This document shows, piece after piece, positions 8,975 through 18,064 of a stretch of DNA of 39,479 nt. Source of the stretch: Coleofasciculus sp. B1-GNL1-01 (GTDB lineage Bacteria; Cyanobacteriota; Cyanobacteriia; Cyanobacteriales; Coleofasciculaceae); NCBI GenBank assembly GCA_040220235.1, contig JAVJTO010000027.1; one strand, written 5' to 3'. The translations under genes and the position numbers were made by a program. Below the pieces are notes generated by a model that saw only the letters and a list, made by a program, of their open reading frames with translations, made no database searches and was not told the origin of the DNA. Numbering within the stretch: the stretch's first letter is position 1; each line of letters starts with the position of its first letter.

Positions 8975-9305
8975 ATTCCCCTCCTAATCCTTTGACTGTC
9001 CTGGACTAAGCTTTGAAATAATTGATAAGATTCCATGGTAGAGTTTAGGGGTTGAAGTTACGAAAACCGTTCCCTGTGACACACCGAGCGAAGTCGAGGT
9101 GTTCCCTGTTCCCTTCCCTCACCTTTACCAAAACTAATCATTCACTTCAGAAATTCTATTCCCATAGCTAGATCCCAAGTCAACCCTAGGTCTATGCTAG
9201 TTACTAATTCAGGACATCCATCAATATCCCTATCGTGAGATTGCTGAAGGCTTCACATTTTGTTACAAATGTAAAGAGACAACTCGCGTGGATAACAGGA
9301 CTACT

Positions 9306-10100
9306 ATGCTCGGTGGCTTTGCCGGTTTTACCAACCCGTCTGGTACAGATTGGGGCGAACGGATGCTCAATACCGTCGCCAGCAATACGATTCGCCACCT
9401 CTTTACTCGCAGTGAGTCTGTCGAGGTTTCGGTGCGCTGCAATCCCTCCAGTAAACTGTTGCAGGGTAGCATTGACAGTTTTAAGATGCAGGGGCGAGGC
9501 TTGGTGATCCGTAGACAGTTTCGGACTGAGGAGATGTCCTTTGAAACAGACGCTGTGTCCTTGGACTTCAGTTCTGTCCTCAAGGGTCAGATTCACCTGA
9601 AGCAACCCACCCAAGCGATCGCTCAAGTCGTGTTGACAGAACCCGATATCAACCAGTCGTTTAAAGCCGAACTGGTGCGAAAGCGTTTAGAAAATATTTC
9701 CATTCCCGAATTGGAGGATATCACTGGGGGTAAACCAATTTCCTTCACCGACGTGCAACTCAAGCTGCTTCCCAATAACCGGATTCAGCTTTTTGCCAAA
9801 GTCAACCTTCCTGATCAGGAGTTAGTCCCAATTAACATGACTTCAACTCTGGCTGTGGAACGGCGGCGGCGGATTCTCTTCAAAGATTCTAAATTTGAAC
9901 CGGATACGATTCCAGAGGAATTGCGAGACACCTCTGAAGCCTTGACGGATGCCCTAGATAAGATTTTGAATAACATGGTGGATCTGGATCGCTTCAATCT
10001 TGATGGCGTTACGATGCGAATCAATCGCCTGGAAACCCAAGGACAACGACTGATATTCAGTGGTTACGCCCAAATTGATCGTATTCCTAATACTCCGTAA
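9306..10100 (+). CDS. DUF2993 / LmeA-like protein
   Basis: PSSKLLQGSIDSF...G.GLV...ETDAVSLDF...L.QPTQA.A.VVLTE.DIN pattern; ATG at 9306 preferred to the GTG at 9288. Confidence 0.8.
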   Translation: MLGGFAGFTNPSGTDWGERMLNTVASNTIRHLFTRSESVEVSVRCNPSSKLLQGSIDSFKMQGRGLVIRRQFRTEEMSFETDAVSLDFSSVLKGQIHLKQPTQAIAQVVLTEPDINQSFKAELVRKRLENISIPELEDITGGKPISFTDVQLKLLPNNRIQLFAKVNLPDQELVPINMTSTLAVERRRRILFKDSKFEPDTIPEELRDTSEALTDALDKILNNMVDLDRFNLDGVTMRINRLETQGQRLIFSGYAQIDRIPNTP

Positions 10101-10109
10101 CCATTAAGG

Positions 10110-10142
10110 GGGTGTAGGGTGTAGGGTGTAGGGTGTAGGGTG
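10110..10142. repeat. 7-bp tandem repeat (GGGTGTA)x~4.5
   Basis: Directly visible. Confidence 0.88.
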
Positions 10143-10213
10143 CGGAGGAGACAAGGCAACAAGGAAAAATTTGCCCTCTTTTCCTCTTCCCTCATCACTA
10201 ATTGAGCAACTGC

Positions 10214-10843
10214 ATGTCATTGAACGCCTTCTTTTCCTTGGGTGGGGTCGTTATGTTGCCCCTATTAGTGCTTTCTATCTTAGCGATCGCGTTAATTTTA
10301 GAACGGATCAATTTTTGGCGGCGAGTCACTCAGCGCCAGAATCGTCTGATCCGAGAAGTGCTACACCTCTACCAACAAAATCCCCCCGAAGCTTTTCTTA
10401 AGTTAGAACAAAACAGTGATCTACCGATCGCCCGAATTTTTCTAGCGGCGTTGGAACTCAAACGTCCCACTCCCGAACAATTTCGACTCGCCCTCGAAAG
10501 TGCGGTGCAAGCGGAGTTACCCATTCTCAAGCGGTTCAACACCGTATTTGAGACAGTCATCAGTGTCTCACCTCTGCTGGGACTTTTAGGTACAATTTTA
10601 GGATTAATTGACGCCTTTGCCGCCTTACGGATTGGGGATATTGGTGGTCAAACCACGGTGGGTGTGACAGGTGGGATCAGTGAAGCCTTAATTTCCACCG
10701 TCGCCGGGTTGAGTGTCGCGATCGCGACTCTAATATTTGCTAACACCTTTCGCGGATTGTATCGACGCCAACTCGCCCTGATTCAGGAGTATGGGGGAAA
10801 GCTGGAACTGATTTACCTGGGTTATTATGAGCGAATTAAATAG
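10214..10843 (+). CDS. exbB: MotA/TolQ/ExbB proton-channel family protein
   Basis: GGVVMLPL..LERI, SPLLGLLGTILG and GISEALISTVAGL motifs; ATG at 10214. Confidence 0.88.
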   Translation: MSLNAFFSLGGVVMLPLLVLSILAIALILERINFWRRVTQRQNRLIREVLHLYQQNPPEAFLKLEQNSDLPIARIFLAALELKRPTPEQFRLALESAVQAELPILKRFNTVFETVISVSPLLGLLGTILGLIDAFAALRIGDIGGQTTVGVTGGISEALISTVAGLSVAIATLIFANTFRGLYRRQLALIQEYGGKLELIYLGYYERIK

Positions 10844-11069
10844 AAAGAGTTTTGACGCTTTGTTTCCCTCGATGGCAAGGTTTTGTGTAGGGGCGGGTTT
10901 TACGGCTACCAACCTAAGGCGGGACAAGATGAAGAAAAAAGTTGAGGGGGGCTGCGGACAATGTTCGCGTTAGCTCATCGCGAACAAATACACCTGTCTC
11001 ACCAATGGGCTACCCCAATGCTTACGATAGGCTCTCCCGTACTTAGTGTGATAATATTTACTTATATTA

Positions 11070-11160
11070 CAGCAGTTTTCAAGTTAATAGACTACAGACG
11101 ATCATTGCGCTGAAAAGCAAGCCGATACAATTTTGTATTCCATAAACGTGAAAAGCGCTG
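11070..11160 (+). mobile_element. 91-bp MITE with TA target duplication (copy 1)
   Basis: TA|CAGCAGTTTTCA...TGAAAAGCGCTG|TA; 2 mismatches to the inverted copy at 11860-11950. Confidence 0.88.
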
Positions 11161-11393
11161 TAATCGGCTATTTCTTTACTTTAGGACTCTTGCCTTGCCG
11201 CCTCTTACCTCTTGAAAAATCACCCAAATCATGCAAGCGGCAAGGTTAGAGTCCTCTTTTCCCGAAAAGAGTAAATCCCCGAAGCGGTCATTTTCTCATC
11301 TGGAATCTGTTGTCGATGACTTGACAATTGAAAAACTACTGAATAGATTGATAAATCTCGGTTTATATATCCTACTTATTATGAGCTATTGAG

Positions 11394-11813
11394 CTAATCA
11401 GAGAAACTAGAAAGCAAGCGAATCCGAAAATTATCAAAGTTGGTAAATCCATAACCTTGACGCATAATTAATTTAGCTTTATTGTTAATTCATTCCATTA
11501 CACCACTGGTGGTACGGCTGATAAAATAGTTACAGATACCCTCTAGATGGTTACGGATCGTTTGGGCGGCTTTTGGGAAAAACACCTGAGCTTGAGCCAG
11601 CCATTTTTTCAGACGATTCCGTCCGGCTTTTACCGTTGAACTACTTTCATAAATTTCCCGAAATTCCTCTTTCAGTTCATAAGCTATTCTCAAAGAAACT
11701 GACTGATTTAATATTTCTTGAAGTTGACCTAACTCGGAATCCGTTAGGGAAGAGCGATTGGCGAGAAGTAAAAACCGACTTTTCTTGGCATTAATTCCTA
11801 TCCTTTTTCTCAG
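11394..11813 (-). pseudogene. ISL3 transposase C-terminal remnant with a nonsense codon
   Basis: RFLLL...AYELKEEFREIY...ICNYFISRTTSGVME*INNKAKLIMRQGYGFTNFDNFRIRLL; TGA replaces the Gly of MEGINNK seen in the 18214 copy. Confidence 0.9.
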
Positions 11814-12383
11814 TACCGCCCCATAAATACTCTCCCTCGGTTCCTCGTTGCTTTGATTACAGCGCTTTTCACGTTTATGGAATACAAAATTGTATCGGCT
11901 TGCTTTTCAGCGCAATGATCGTTTGTAGTCTACTAACTTGAAAACTGCTGTAAACAGTTGATCCGCAATCATTTCAGCAATACACTGCGCCAAACCCGAC
12001 TTAATATTTTCATTCTTAGCTTCAACCAGGGTAAGCACAGGAGTCCGAATTTCATAAGAGTCGGGGGAAGCCGTCAGAATATAATCACAATATCCATTTA
12101 AACCCGCACTAGGAGCAACATTGAACTCCGACCCCGAGAAAAAGCCAATTTTAAACCCAAAGTGTCGCCGCACCTCCAAAAGCACAGGAGTAATAATTAA
12201 CTCAGCCCGTGCCTTTTCAGTATTGATAGCCGTCGCCAGCGAAACATTTTCAGTTAAGGTTATTTGCAGATACTCACTGGGCAGCAGTTCGGGTATACTC
12301 GCAAATAAGTCATCCGGTTCTTCCAGACTTAACCCAAAGGATTCTCGAACTTGAGCCAGACTTTTGAAGTCACTATATGCCAT
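11814..12383 (-). pseudogene. Cyanobacterial restriction-endonuclease-like (PD-(D/E)xK) protein, MITE-interrupted and 3'-truncated
   Basis: MAYSDF...TEKARAELII.P.L...GYCDYIL...VEAKNE...QCIAEM; removing the MITE restores QLFNQ...IYGAV, after which the gene is cut off. Confidence 0.82.
11860..11950 (-). mobile_element. 91-bp MITE with TA target duplication (copy 2), interrupting a gene
   Basis: Inverted copy of 11070-11160, flanked by TA at 11858-11859 and 11951-11952. Confidence 0.9.
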
Positions 12384-12496
12384 AGTAATTATCCTTAGTC
12401 AGCAGTCCTTAGTCATTAGTCATTTGTCCTTTATTAAGCAGCCAGCGATGTCATTCGTCACCTAACCCATTTTATCAAGAATCATTCATAATTCAG

Positions 12497-12681
12497 TTAG
12501 AGCAGGTTTAGGGACATCAGGGATACTAAAAAGGGGGAAACCAAAGCTATTCGATTTCCTTCCCGGTTCCCTCCCCCAGTTCCCTCCCCTTTATAAGGGG
12601 AGGGTTAGGGTGGGGTCTGTCTCAAGGTATAGCTTTCTTTTTCTGCTTAAGTTGACACTAATGTTGTTAAACCCGCTCTAC
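12497..12681. repeat. Composite repeat: degenerate REP pair enclosing a GC-rich hairpin element
   Basis: TAGAGCAGGTTTA ... TAAACCCGCTCTAC ends; internal perfect hairpin CCCTCCCCTT-TAT-AAGGGGAGGG (12582-12604) with a G-rich tail. Confidence 0.6.
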
Positions 12682-12702
12682 ACCCTTAAAACCTCCTCAT
12701 CT

Positions 12703-14736
12703 ATGATGTATCCTACCTTAACGGCGGTTGCTTTATTTCCGAGTCCAATAACTGACCCTGTTGCCGTCTTCTTAACCATTTTGGCAATTATGTTAGTCGC
12801 GCCACTCCTGTTTGAACGGTTGCGACTTCCGGGTATTGTTGGCTTAATTCTTGCGGGTGTGATTGTTGGTCCCAATGTCTTGGGGTTATTGGAGAGAGAT
12901 AGTACCATCGTCCTCTTAGGAACAGTGGGACTGTTATTTTTAATGTTCATGGCAGGACTCGAAACCAGCCTGGATGACCTTAAATATAACGCCGATAAAG
13001 CGGCAATTTTTGGTTTAGCCACCTTCTCTTTCCCCATGATTCTGGGTACGGTGGCAATGTTACTCCTGGGATATAGTTGGCTAGCATCGATTCTAGTCGC
13101 GTCTTGTTTTGCCACCCATACACTTTTGGCATTACCTATCCTCACCAAGTTGGGATTAATGCGGACACAAACCGTAACCACAACCTTGGGTGGAACGCTG
13201 ATTACCAATGTTTTGGGACTCTTAGTTCTGGCGGTAGTGGTGAAAGCCGATGGCGGAAATCTCACCCTAGGATTCTGGTTGTTTCTAATTCCCGCCCTCA
13301 CTATCTATACAGTAGCGACATTATGGGGTGTCCCGAAACTGGGGCGCTGGTTCTTTCGGCAATTTGGGCATGATGAAGGGGCGGAGTTTATTTTTGTCCT
13401 CGCCACATTGTTTGTCGTGTCTTACGCAGCAGGGTTAATTGAAATTGAACCGATTATTGGCGCATTTTTAGCCGGAATTGCGATTACCCAAATCATTCCT
13501 CAATTGAGTCCGTTAATGAATCGGATTCAGTTTATTGGCAATACCTTATTCGTGCCATTCTTTTTGATTTCCGTGGGTATGTTAATTGACCCGTTAATTT
13601 TAGTCAGGCAGCCGAAATCAATTTTAGTAGCATTGGTGATGATTGGCGCAGAAATGGTAAGTAAGTTTGGCGCAGCTTGGCTGCCGGGAAAGCTGTTTGG
13701 GTTTCAATTTCCGAGTATTATGGTCATGTTTGGGTTGTCCATGGCACAGGCGGCGTCTACCTTGGCAGCGATTACCGTAGCTTATGAAATTAAACTGGTG
13801 GATCAGTTAACCGTAAATGGGATAATTGCCATGATTTTAGTCACCTGTGTGGCGTCTCCTTGGATTACCGAACGCTGGGGAAAACAGGTGAAACCTCACG
13901 GACAACAGGAGGGAGGAAATCCAGGAAAACAGCCATCGTTGGCAAAGCGGGTGTTAGTTCCGGTGGCGAATCCCAAGACAGAGGATAATTTATTACAATT
14001 GGCATTAATTTTGGCAAAAACAGCCAAGGGAACTTTACTTCCGCTGCATGTTTTATCGGATAAAACCGGACTCATTTCCCCAGAGGCGAAACTGTTACAA
14101 ACCCAGCTTTTAGCGGCGGCGGAACGAATTGCCCATGCAGCCGTAACTAAAGTAGAACCGATTGGGCGGGTGGATGATACGATTGACCGAGGGATTACCC
14201 GCACCGCAGCCGAACGAGAGGCGACGTTGATTATTTGCGGATGGAAGGGGTATTCGACGACTCGTGAGAGCTTTTTTGGCAGTGTGATTGATAATGTAAT
14301 CTGGCGATCGCAGGTTCCGGTATTAATTGCCCGATTCTCGCAGCCGATTGAGAATACCGCACGAGTGGTGTTGGCGGCGACGGATCAGGAGACGGTATCG
14401 GTGACGTTTAAACCGACGGTGACGTTAGCGCAAAGCTTAGCAGCGGCGTTGAAAGCCACGTTTCGATTGGTGATTGTGGTGACGGGAGTCGGGGAGTTTG
14501 CCTGTCAGCCAAGGGAGTGGGGGTTGGCAACCACAAGTGAGTTGGTGCAAGTGCGGGGGAATTTTGTGCAGAATGTGTCGCGGATGGTGCAACGTCATGA
14601 TTTACTGATTCTCACGGCAAGTACCCATCCCAGCTACCTTTTGGCGATTCCCACATTAGGGGGAGAACCGGAGGCGATCGCACGTACCCAGCAAGACACC
14701 TCTATCATTGTCGTACATTTTCCCATGACTAGCTGA
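12703..14736 (+). CDS. CPA2 Na+/H+ antiporter with C-terminal universal-stress-protein (USP) domain
   Basis: RLRLPGIVGLILAG, LMFMAGLE, IIGAFLAG, FVPFFLISVG; RVLVPVANP...FFGSVIDNV USP fold. Start moved to 12703 because the ORF extension from 12610 runs through a repeat element. Confidence 0.88.
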   Translation: MMYPTLTAVALFPSPITDPVAVFLTILAIMLVAPLLFERLRLPGIVGLILAGVIVGPNVLGLLERDSTIVLLGTVGLLFLMFMAGLETSLDDLKYNADKAAIFGLATFSFPMILGTVAMLLLGYSWLASILVASCFATHTLLALPILTKLGLMRTQTVTTTLGGTLITNVLGLLVLAVVVKADGGNLTLGFWLFLIPALTIYTVATLWGVPKLGRWFFRQFGHDEGAEFIFVLATLFVVSYAAGLIEIEPIIGAFLAGIAITQIIPQLSPLMNRIQFIGNTLFVPFFLISVGMLIDPLILVRQPKSILVALVMIGAEMVSKFGAAWLPGKLFGFQFPSIMVMFGLSMAQAASTLAAITVAYEIKLVDQLTVNGIIAMILVTCVASPWITERWGKQVKPHGQQEGGNPGKQPSLAKRVLVPVANPKTEDNLLQLALILAKTAKGTLLPLHVLSDKTGLISPEAKLLQTQLLAAAERIAHAAVTKVEPIGRVDDTIDRGITRTAAEREATLIICGWKGYSTTRESFFGSVIDNVIWRSQVPVLIARFSQPIENTARVVLAATDQETVSVTFKPTVTLAQSLAAALKATFRLVIVVTGVGEFACQPREWGLATTSELVQVRGNFVQNVSRMVQRHDLLILTASTHPSYLLAIPTLGGEPEAIARTQQDTSIIVVHFPMTS

Positions 14737-14755
14737 AGGAGAACGTTTTGATTGT

Positions 14756-14819
14756 GTAGGGGTGGGTTTGACGACTATCGTTTCTTACCTCACCTAAATT
14801 TAACTAAACCCGCCCTGAC
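14756..14819 (+). repeat. REPIN-like unit GTAGGGG(C/T)GGGTTT-N~35-AAACCCGCCC(C/T)GAC
   Basis: Same termini as the units at 22173-22240, 23840-23902, 37044-37107 and 38028-38093. Confidence 0.8.
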
Positions 14820-14906
14820 TCCTGCACAATGTTCATCCTAGCCTGCTTGCGTTGGTTTTCCTTTCGTCAACCCAACCTACTCTATCGTCATTGAGACAAA
14901 ATATTC

Positions 14907-15149
14907 CTACTCCTCCTCCTTATCCACTAAATCGCCGAGATAGAGTTCAATGAACATCTCAGCGGCGGCGGGATTGATGGTGTTCAGCGCTTTGACAATA
15001 TCCGCAACGGTTTCGGCTGTTGGGTCTATTTTTTCATGAAACCAACGAAACACTTTATTTCGCTCAATCCCTAAAGCTACCGCCAATTTATTTTGGCTGA
15101 TTTTATGGGCTTCTAGGGTCTGTTTGAGGGCTTGTCCTGCTCTTCCCAT
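14907..15149 (-). CDS. XRE/Cro-CI family helix-turn-helix regulator (80 aa)
   Basis: MGRAGQALKQTL..ISQNKLAVALGI....FRW.....DP HTH_3 pattern; ATG at 15149. Confidence 0.88.
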   Translation of the reverse strand: MGRAGQALKQTLEAHKISQNKLAVALGIERNKVFRWFHEKIDPTAETVADIVKALNTINPAAAEMFIELYLGDLVDKEEE

Positions 15150-15210
15150 ACTTCTGTCGCGCTTACCTTGTCCGCAGGACAATCGTGTCAGAGGAGCATG
15201 ACCTCGTAAA

Positions 15211-15267
15211 TGTTTCCAACTATGGTAACATCTGCTAATCTTTTAATTGTTACCAAACTTAATAACA
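15211..15267. promoter_or_regulatory. Two palindromic operators, consensus TGTTACCA-N4-TGGTAACA
   Basis: TGTTTCCA-ACTA-TGGTAACA (15211-15230) and TGTTACCA-AACT-TAATAACA (15248-15267) between divergent genes. Confidence 0.7.
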
Positions 15268-15284
15268 TTTTCAGCAACAATTAG

Positions 15285-15548
15285 GTGAATCCAATGTCTC
15301 AAGAGTTTGTTTCAAATAACCTAGAAAAAGTACCTCCCGCCCCATCAGCGACGCCAGAATCTACCGCTAGCCGTGAACCTGTAAAAATCTCGATTATTGG
15401 CTCTCGTCGAGGCGTCAAAAGTATCATTCACACCTTGTACCGCCTCCAGTTTGCTGAAGTGACGGCGTGGAGTCCCTTACAACCGACAGGTAAACCGGGT
15501 GAATTTGTGAGTATGCTGATTCGGCAAATTTCTTTTCGTTCCGAGTAA
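15285..15548 (+). CDS. Small hypothetical protein divergent from the XRE regulator
   Basis: IGS..GV..IIHTLYRL.FAEV..WSPLQP pattern, recalled as a cyanobacterial small-protein family; start GTG 15285 or ATG 15294. Confidence 0.75.
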   Translation: MNPMSQEFVSNNLEKVPPAPSATPESTASREPVKISIIGSRRGVKSIIHTLYRLQFAEVTAWSPLQPTGKPGEFVSMLIRQISFRSE

Positions 15549-15677
15549 CAAGAGTCTGATTGACCCATAGCTGTAGAGGCGAGTTTGACCCCCTTGTCTG
15601 CAAAACTCGCTCTCCCTGCGCTCCTGTTATAGTCGAGGAATAATGTAGAGATGCGACGGGTATACCTGGAGGATAGG

Positions 15678-16361
15678 ATGAATCACTTTTCCAGTTTGAT
15701 GTCTTTTTTACGCGATCGCAAGGCATTTCTGACCGAGGTTGAGAAGGAAATCGGACTCGATAGTAAAATTGTTTCATTATTAGTGTGTAGCGCCTCCTTT
15801 CTGGCGTTGTACGGATTGGTAATTGGGGCGTCGAGTCATTGGCTTCAGGCGATTAGTTCAGCGATTAAGTTGCCTGGTCTTTATTTAATCACACTGCTGG
15901 TATGTCTGCCCAGTTTATATATTTTTGAGGTGGTTACGGGTTCCCAGCGCAAGTTTCGCCAATATTTAGTGTTGCTTTTAGCCACCACGTCAGTGATCAG
16001 TGTCATGCTTTTGGCGTTTGTTCCTGTGGTCTTGTTTTTCCTGCTCTCGGTTAATGATTACGAGTTTTTCAAGTTACTCAATGTCGTCATTTTTGCCTTA
16101 ACAGGCGTGATCGGTGTCCAATTTTTCTACCAAAGCATGAAATCGCTGCATTCTCATTCTCAAGATACGGATAAATCCCGTAATTTGAAGGTTGTGCAAG
16201 CTTGGTTATTTCTATACGGCTTTGTTGGCAGTCAGTTGGGTTGGTCACTGCGACCCTTTTTTGGTAATCCAGGAAAAGACTTTGCGCTGTTTCGTCCCTT
16301 AGAGAGTAATTTCTATGTGCATATTTTTAAAACGCTGACTCACGCTCTAGGATTAAACTAA
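15678..16361 (+). CDS. Hypothetical multi-pass membrane protein (~5 TM)
   Basis: GGAGG RBS then ATG at 15678; SSAIKLP.LYL.TL..CLP.LY and W..LYGFVGSQLGW.LRPFFG motifs of a conserved uncharacterised family. Confidence 0.8.
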   Translation: MNHFSSLMSFLRDRKAFLTEVEKEIGLDSKIVSLLVCSASFLALYGLVIGASSHWLQAISSAIKLPGLYLITLLVCLPSLYIFEVVTGSQRKFRQYLVLLLATTSVISVMLLAFVPVVLFFLLSVNDYEFFKLLNVVIFALTGVIGVQFFYQSMKSLHSHSQDTDKSRNLKVVQAWLFLYGFVGSQLGWSLRPFFGNPGKDFALFRPLESNFYVHIFKTLTHALGLN

Positions 16362-16394
16362 GCCAAATACTTTCATCATCCAGGAGATACGTTC

Positions 16395-17093
16395 ATGCTA
16401 AATAATGTAGCAGAATTGCCGATTACTCCAGCGGAATTAGAGCAAAGCGGGGGTTTAGATCTGAGTGCGGGACTGGTGACAACGGTTTACCGTGGGATAT
16501 TTTGGCGAAATCCGCAACATCTGCGATCGCTTCTGTTTATTGAGGTCTTTAGTTTAGGTCTAATCCTGATTTTTGTTATGCCTGTGGGGTTTCTGGCGGT
16601 GAAGCGATCGGGGAATTTACCAAGTGATGGGACGGACATTACCAATTTATTTCTGTTATTTTTGGCGGGATCAGTCTTGATTTTGGTATTGGCAAATATT
16701 TGGCTTGTGAATAAAGCAAAACGCTGGAAATCTGTGGCTAAGTTGTTACGGCAAGTGGATAAGTACAATCGTGTAGTTAAATCCCTAGCCATGCTGAATC
16801 AACTGAGTCGGACTGAAAATAATCTGCAAGGGGATAACTCGTTAGAAGGTGACAAGGTTCTGACGGCTTTACGAGTAACTAAAAACAGTTTACTGCAAGC
16901 AATTAAGATAGAAATTATTCGCACGAAACAAGGGGTGATGGCACGACCGGATGAATTGATGGTTACATTAGAGAATAATTTAACCAGTTTGGTTGCGGGA
17001 GAACTTGATCCGCCAATGGATCAGTATGCTTGTTTGCTCGATGAAGCGCTGCAAATTGCGATGAGTGTGGAGCAACAAATGCGAGATTTGTAA
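16395..17093 (+). CDS. Hypothetical protein, 2 TM helices plus helical C-terminal domain
   Basis: AGGAG RBS; 232-aa ORF 33 bp after the upstream gene, probably co-transcribed. Confidence 0.75.
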   Translation: MLNNVAELPITPAELEQSGGLDLSAGLVTTVYRGIFWRNPQHLRSLLFIEVFSLGLILIFVMPVGFLAVKRSGNLPSDGTDITNLFLLFLAGSVLILVLANIWLVNKAKRWKSVAKLLRQVDKYNRVVKSLAMLNQLSRTENNLQGDNSLEGDKVLTALRVTKNSLLQAIKIEIIRTKQGVMARPDELMVTLENNLTSLVAGELDPPMDQYACLLDEALQIAMSVEQQMRDL

Positions 17094-17169
17094 GTCGATA
17101 TAAAATTATGAAATAAGTTTGTTGACTTTACGCGAAAGTAAGTCTTTGAACCCGTTTTCAGTAAGCCCT

Positions 17170-17245
17170 AATACCCGCCAAGAACTCAAGTTCTTGGCTA
17201 AAAGCTCAAGTCGTCTTTAGACGACTCAAACTCTTATCCAGTCAG
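17170..17245. repeat. Palindrome-rich MITE fragment
   Basis: GCCAAGAACT-CA-AGTTCTTGGC (17177-17198) and AGTCGTCT-TT-AGACGACT (17209-17226). Confidence 0.55.
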
Positions 17246-17357
17246 CCTGAGTATGTCAACCGTGCGATCGCATCGTGTAATTCCTCTTTTGTATAAAGGG
17301 TATTGGATTTTACCCGAATTTATTGGCTAAACCCGCTTCTACTACCGAACCCACACT

Positions 17358-17990
17358 CTAATCCTGGAGAACCGCAGCTACCCGCTTGAAGATTTGAAGC
17401 ACATCATAAAGCTGGTTACGGCGAGGAAGAAGCGAAAATACATCAGATATATCGTACTCAGGAAATGCTTGTTGGCTTAACTTCAAAAAAGCAAACATCC
17501 CCCCATTTGTCACCATACCATAAACGGGTTGATCAGGATGACGGTTCGCCATCATATAAGCCAAAGCTTGGGGAATCGCTAACTCAATATTGAGATCACT
17601 GTGTTTAGCTTCTAGTACCACAACCCAAAATTGCTCCAACACGACCAAAAAATCTATCCGTCCCCGCAAAATCTGATCATCAACAACAGTCGTAATTTCA
17701 ACCGATACTTCTGATCGCAGCTTAAACGGGAAATCATAAAAACCCGCCAATTCCAGCAAACGAGACACAACAATCAGATTGACCGCTCCCTCGGCTAAGA
17801 CTCCATCGGCTCGATGATAGCGGTATCTGTCTCTAATCTGGTCTAACGTAGCTTGCTCCTGTTGGGTGAGTTCAGGCAAGTTCTCAAACCATTCTGTAAA
17901 GAATTGTTCATCTTCCGTTCGCCGAAGATTAAACTTGTTATGGACATCGTTTAGGGTTTTAATCGTTTGGGTAATTGCGGTTTGAACCAT
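17358..17990 (-). CDS. Solo type I restriction enzyme HsdR N-terminal-like (PD-(D/E)xK) nuclease
   Basis: GRIDFLV...VLEAK...AIPQALAYM...YGMVTNG motifs; paralog of 37191-37820. Confidence 0.85.
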   Translation of the reverse strand: MVQTAITQTIKTLNDVHNKFNLRRTEDEQFFTEWFENLPELTQQEQATLDQIRDRYRYHRADGVLAEGAVNLIVVSRLLELAGFYDFPFKLRSEVSVEITTVVDDQILRGRIDFLVVLEQFWVVVLEAKHSDLNIELAIPQALAYMMANRHPDQPVYGMVTNGGMFAFLKLSQQAFPEYDISDVFSLLPRRNQLYDVLQIFKRVAAVLQD

Positions 17991-18064
17991 CTGTCTGGTT
18001 TTGTTGCAGTTGTTATAGTTAATTTTACACTTCGTAGTGTAGGGTGCGTTAGGCGCATAGTTTT

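Larger units (their letters stand above)
11030..11813 (-). mobile_element. Truncated ISL3-family element (one terminal IR plus the 3' part of the transposase)
   Basis: GGCTCTCCCGTACTTAGTGTGATAA at 11030 matches the IR at 18065; transposase remnant at 11394-11813. Confidence 0.85.

Noticed and set aside
11070..11950. Composite transposon or inverted segment bounded by the two MITEs
   Set aside because: Each copy has its own TA duplication, and removing copy 2 restores a continuous reading frame, so these are independent insertions with no inversion.
12610..12702. N-terminal extension of the antiporter ORF
   Set aside because: Runs through a repeat element; the GTG start is probably fortuitous.
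15211..15267. NtcA binding sites
   Set aside because: The motif is TGTTAC-N8-GTAACA-like, not GTA-N8-TAC.
17358..17990. Complete type I restriction-modification system
   Set aside because: No hsdM, hsdS or helicase domain in the window.
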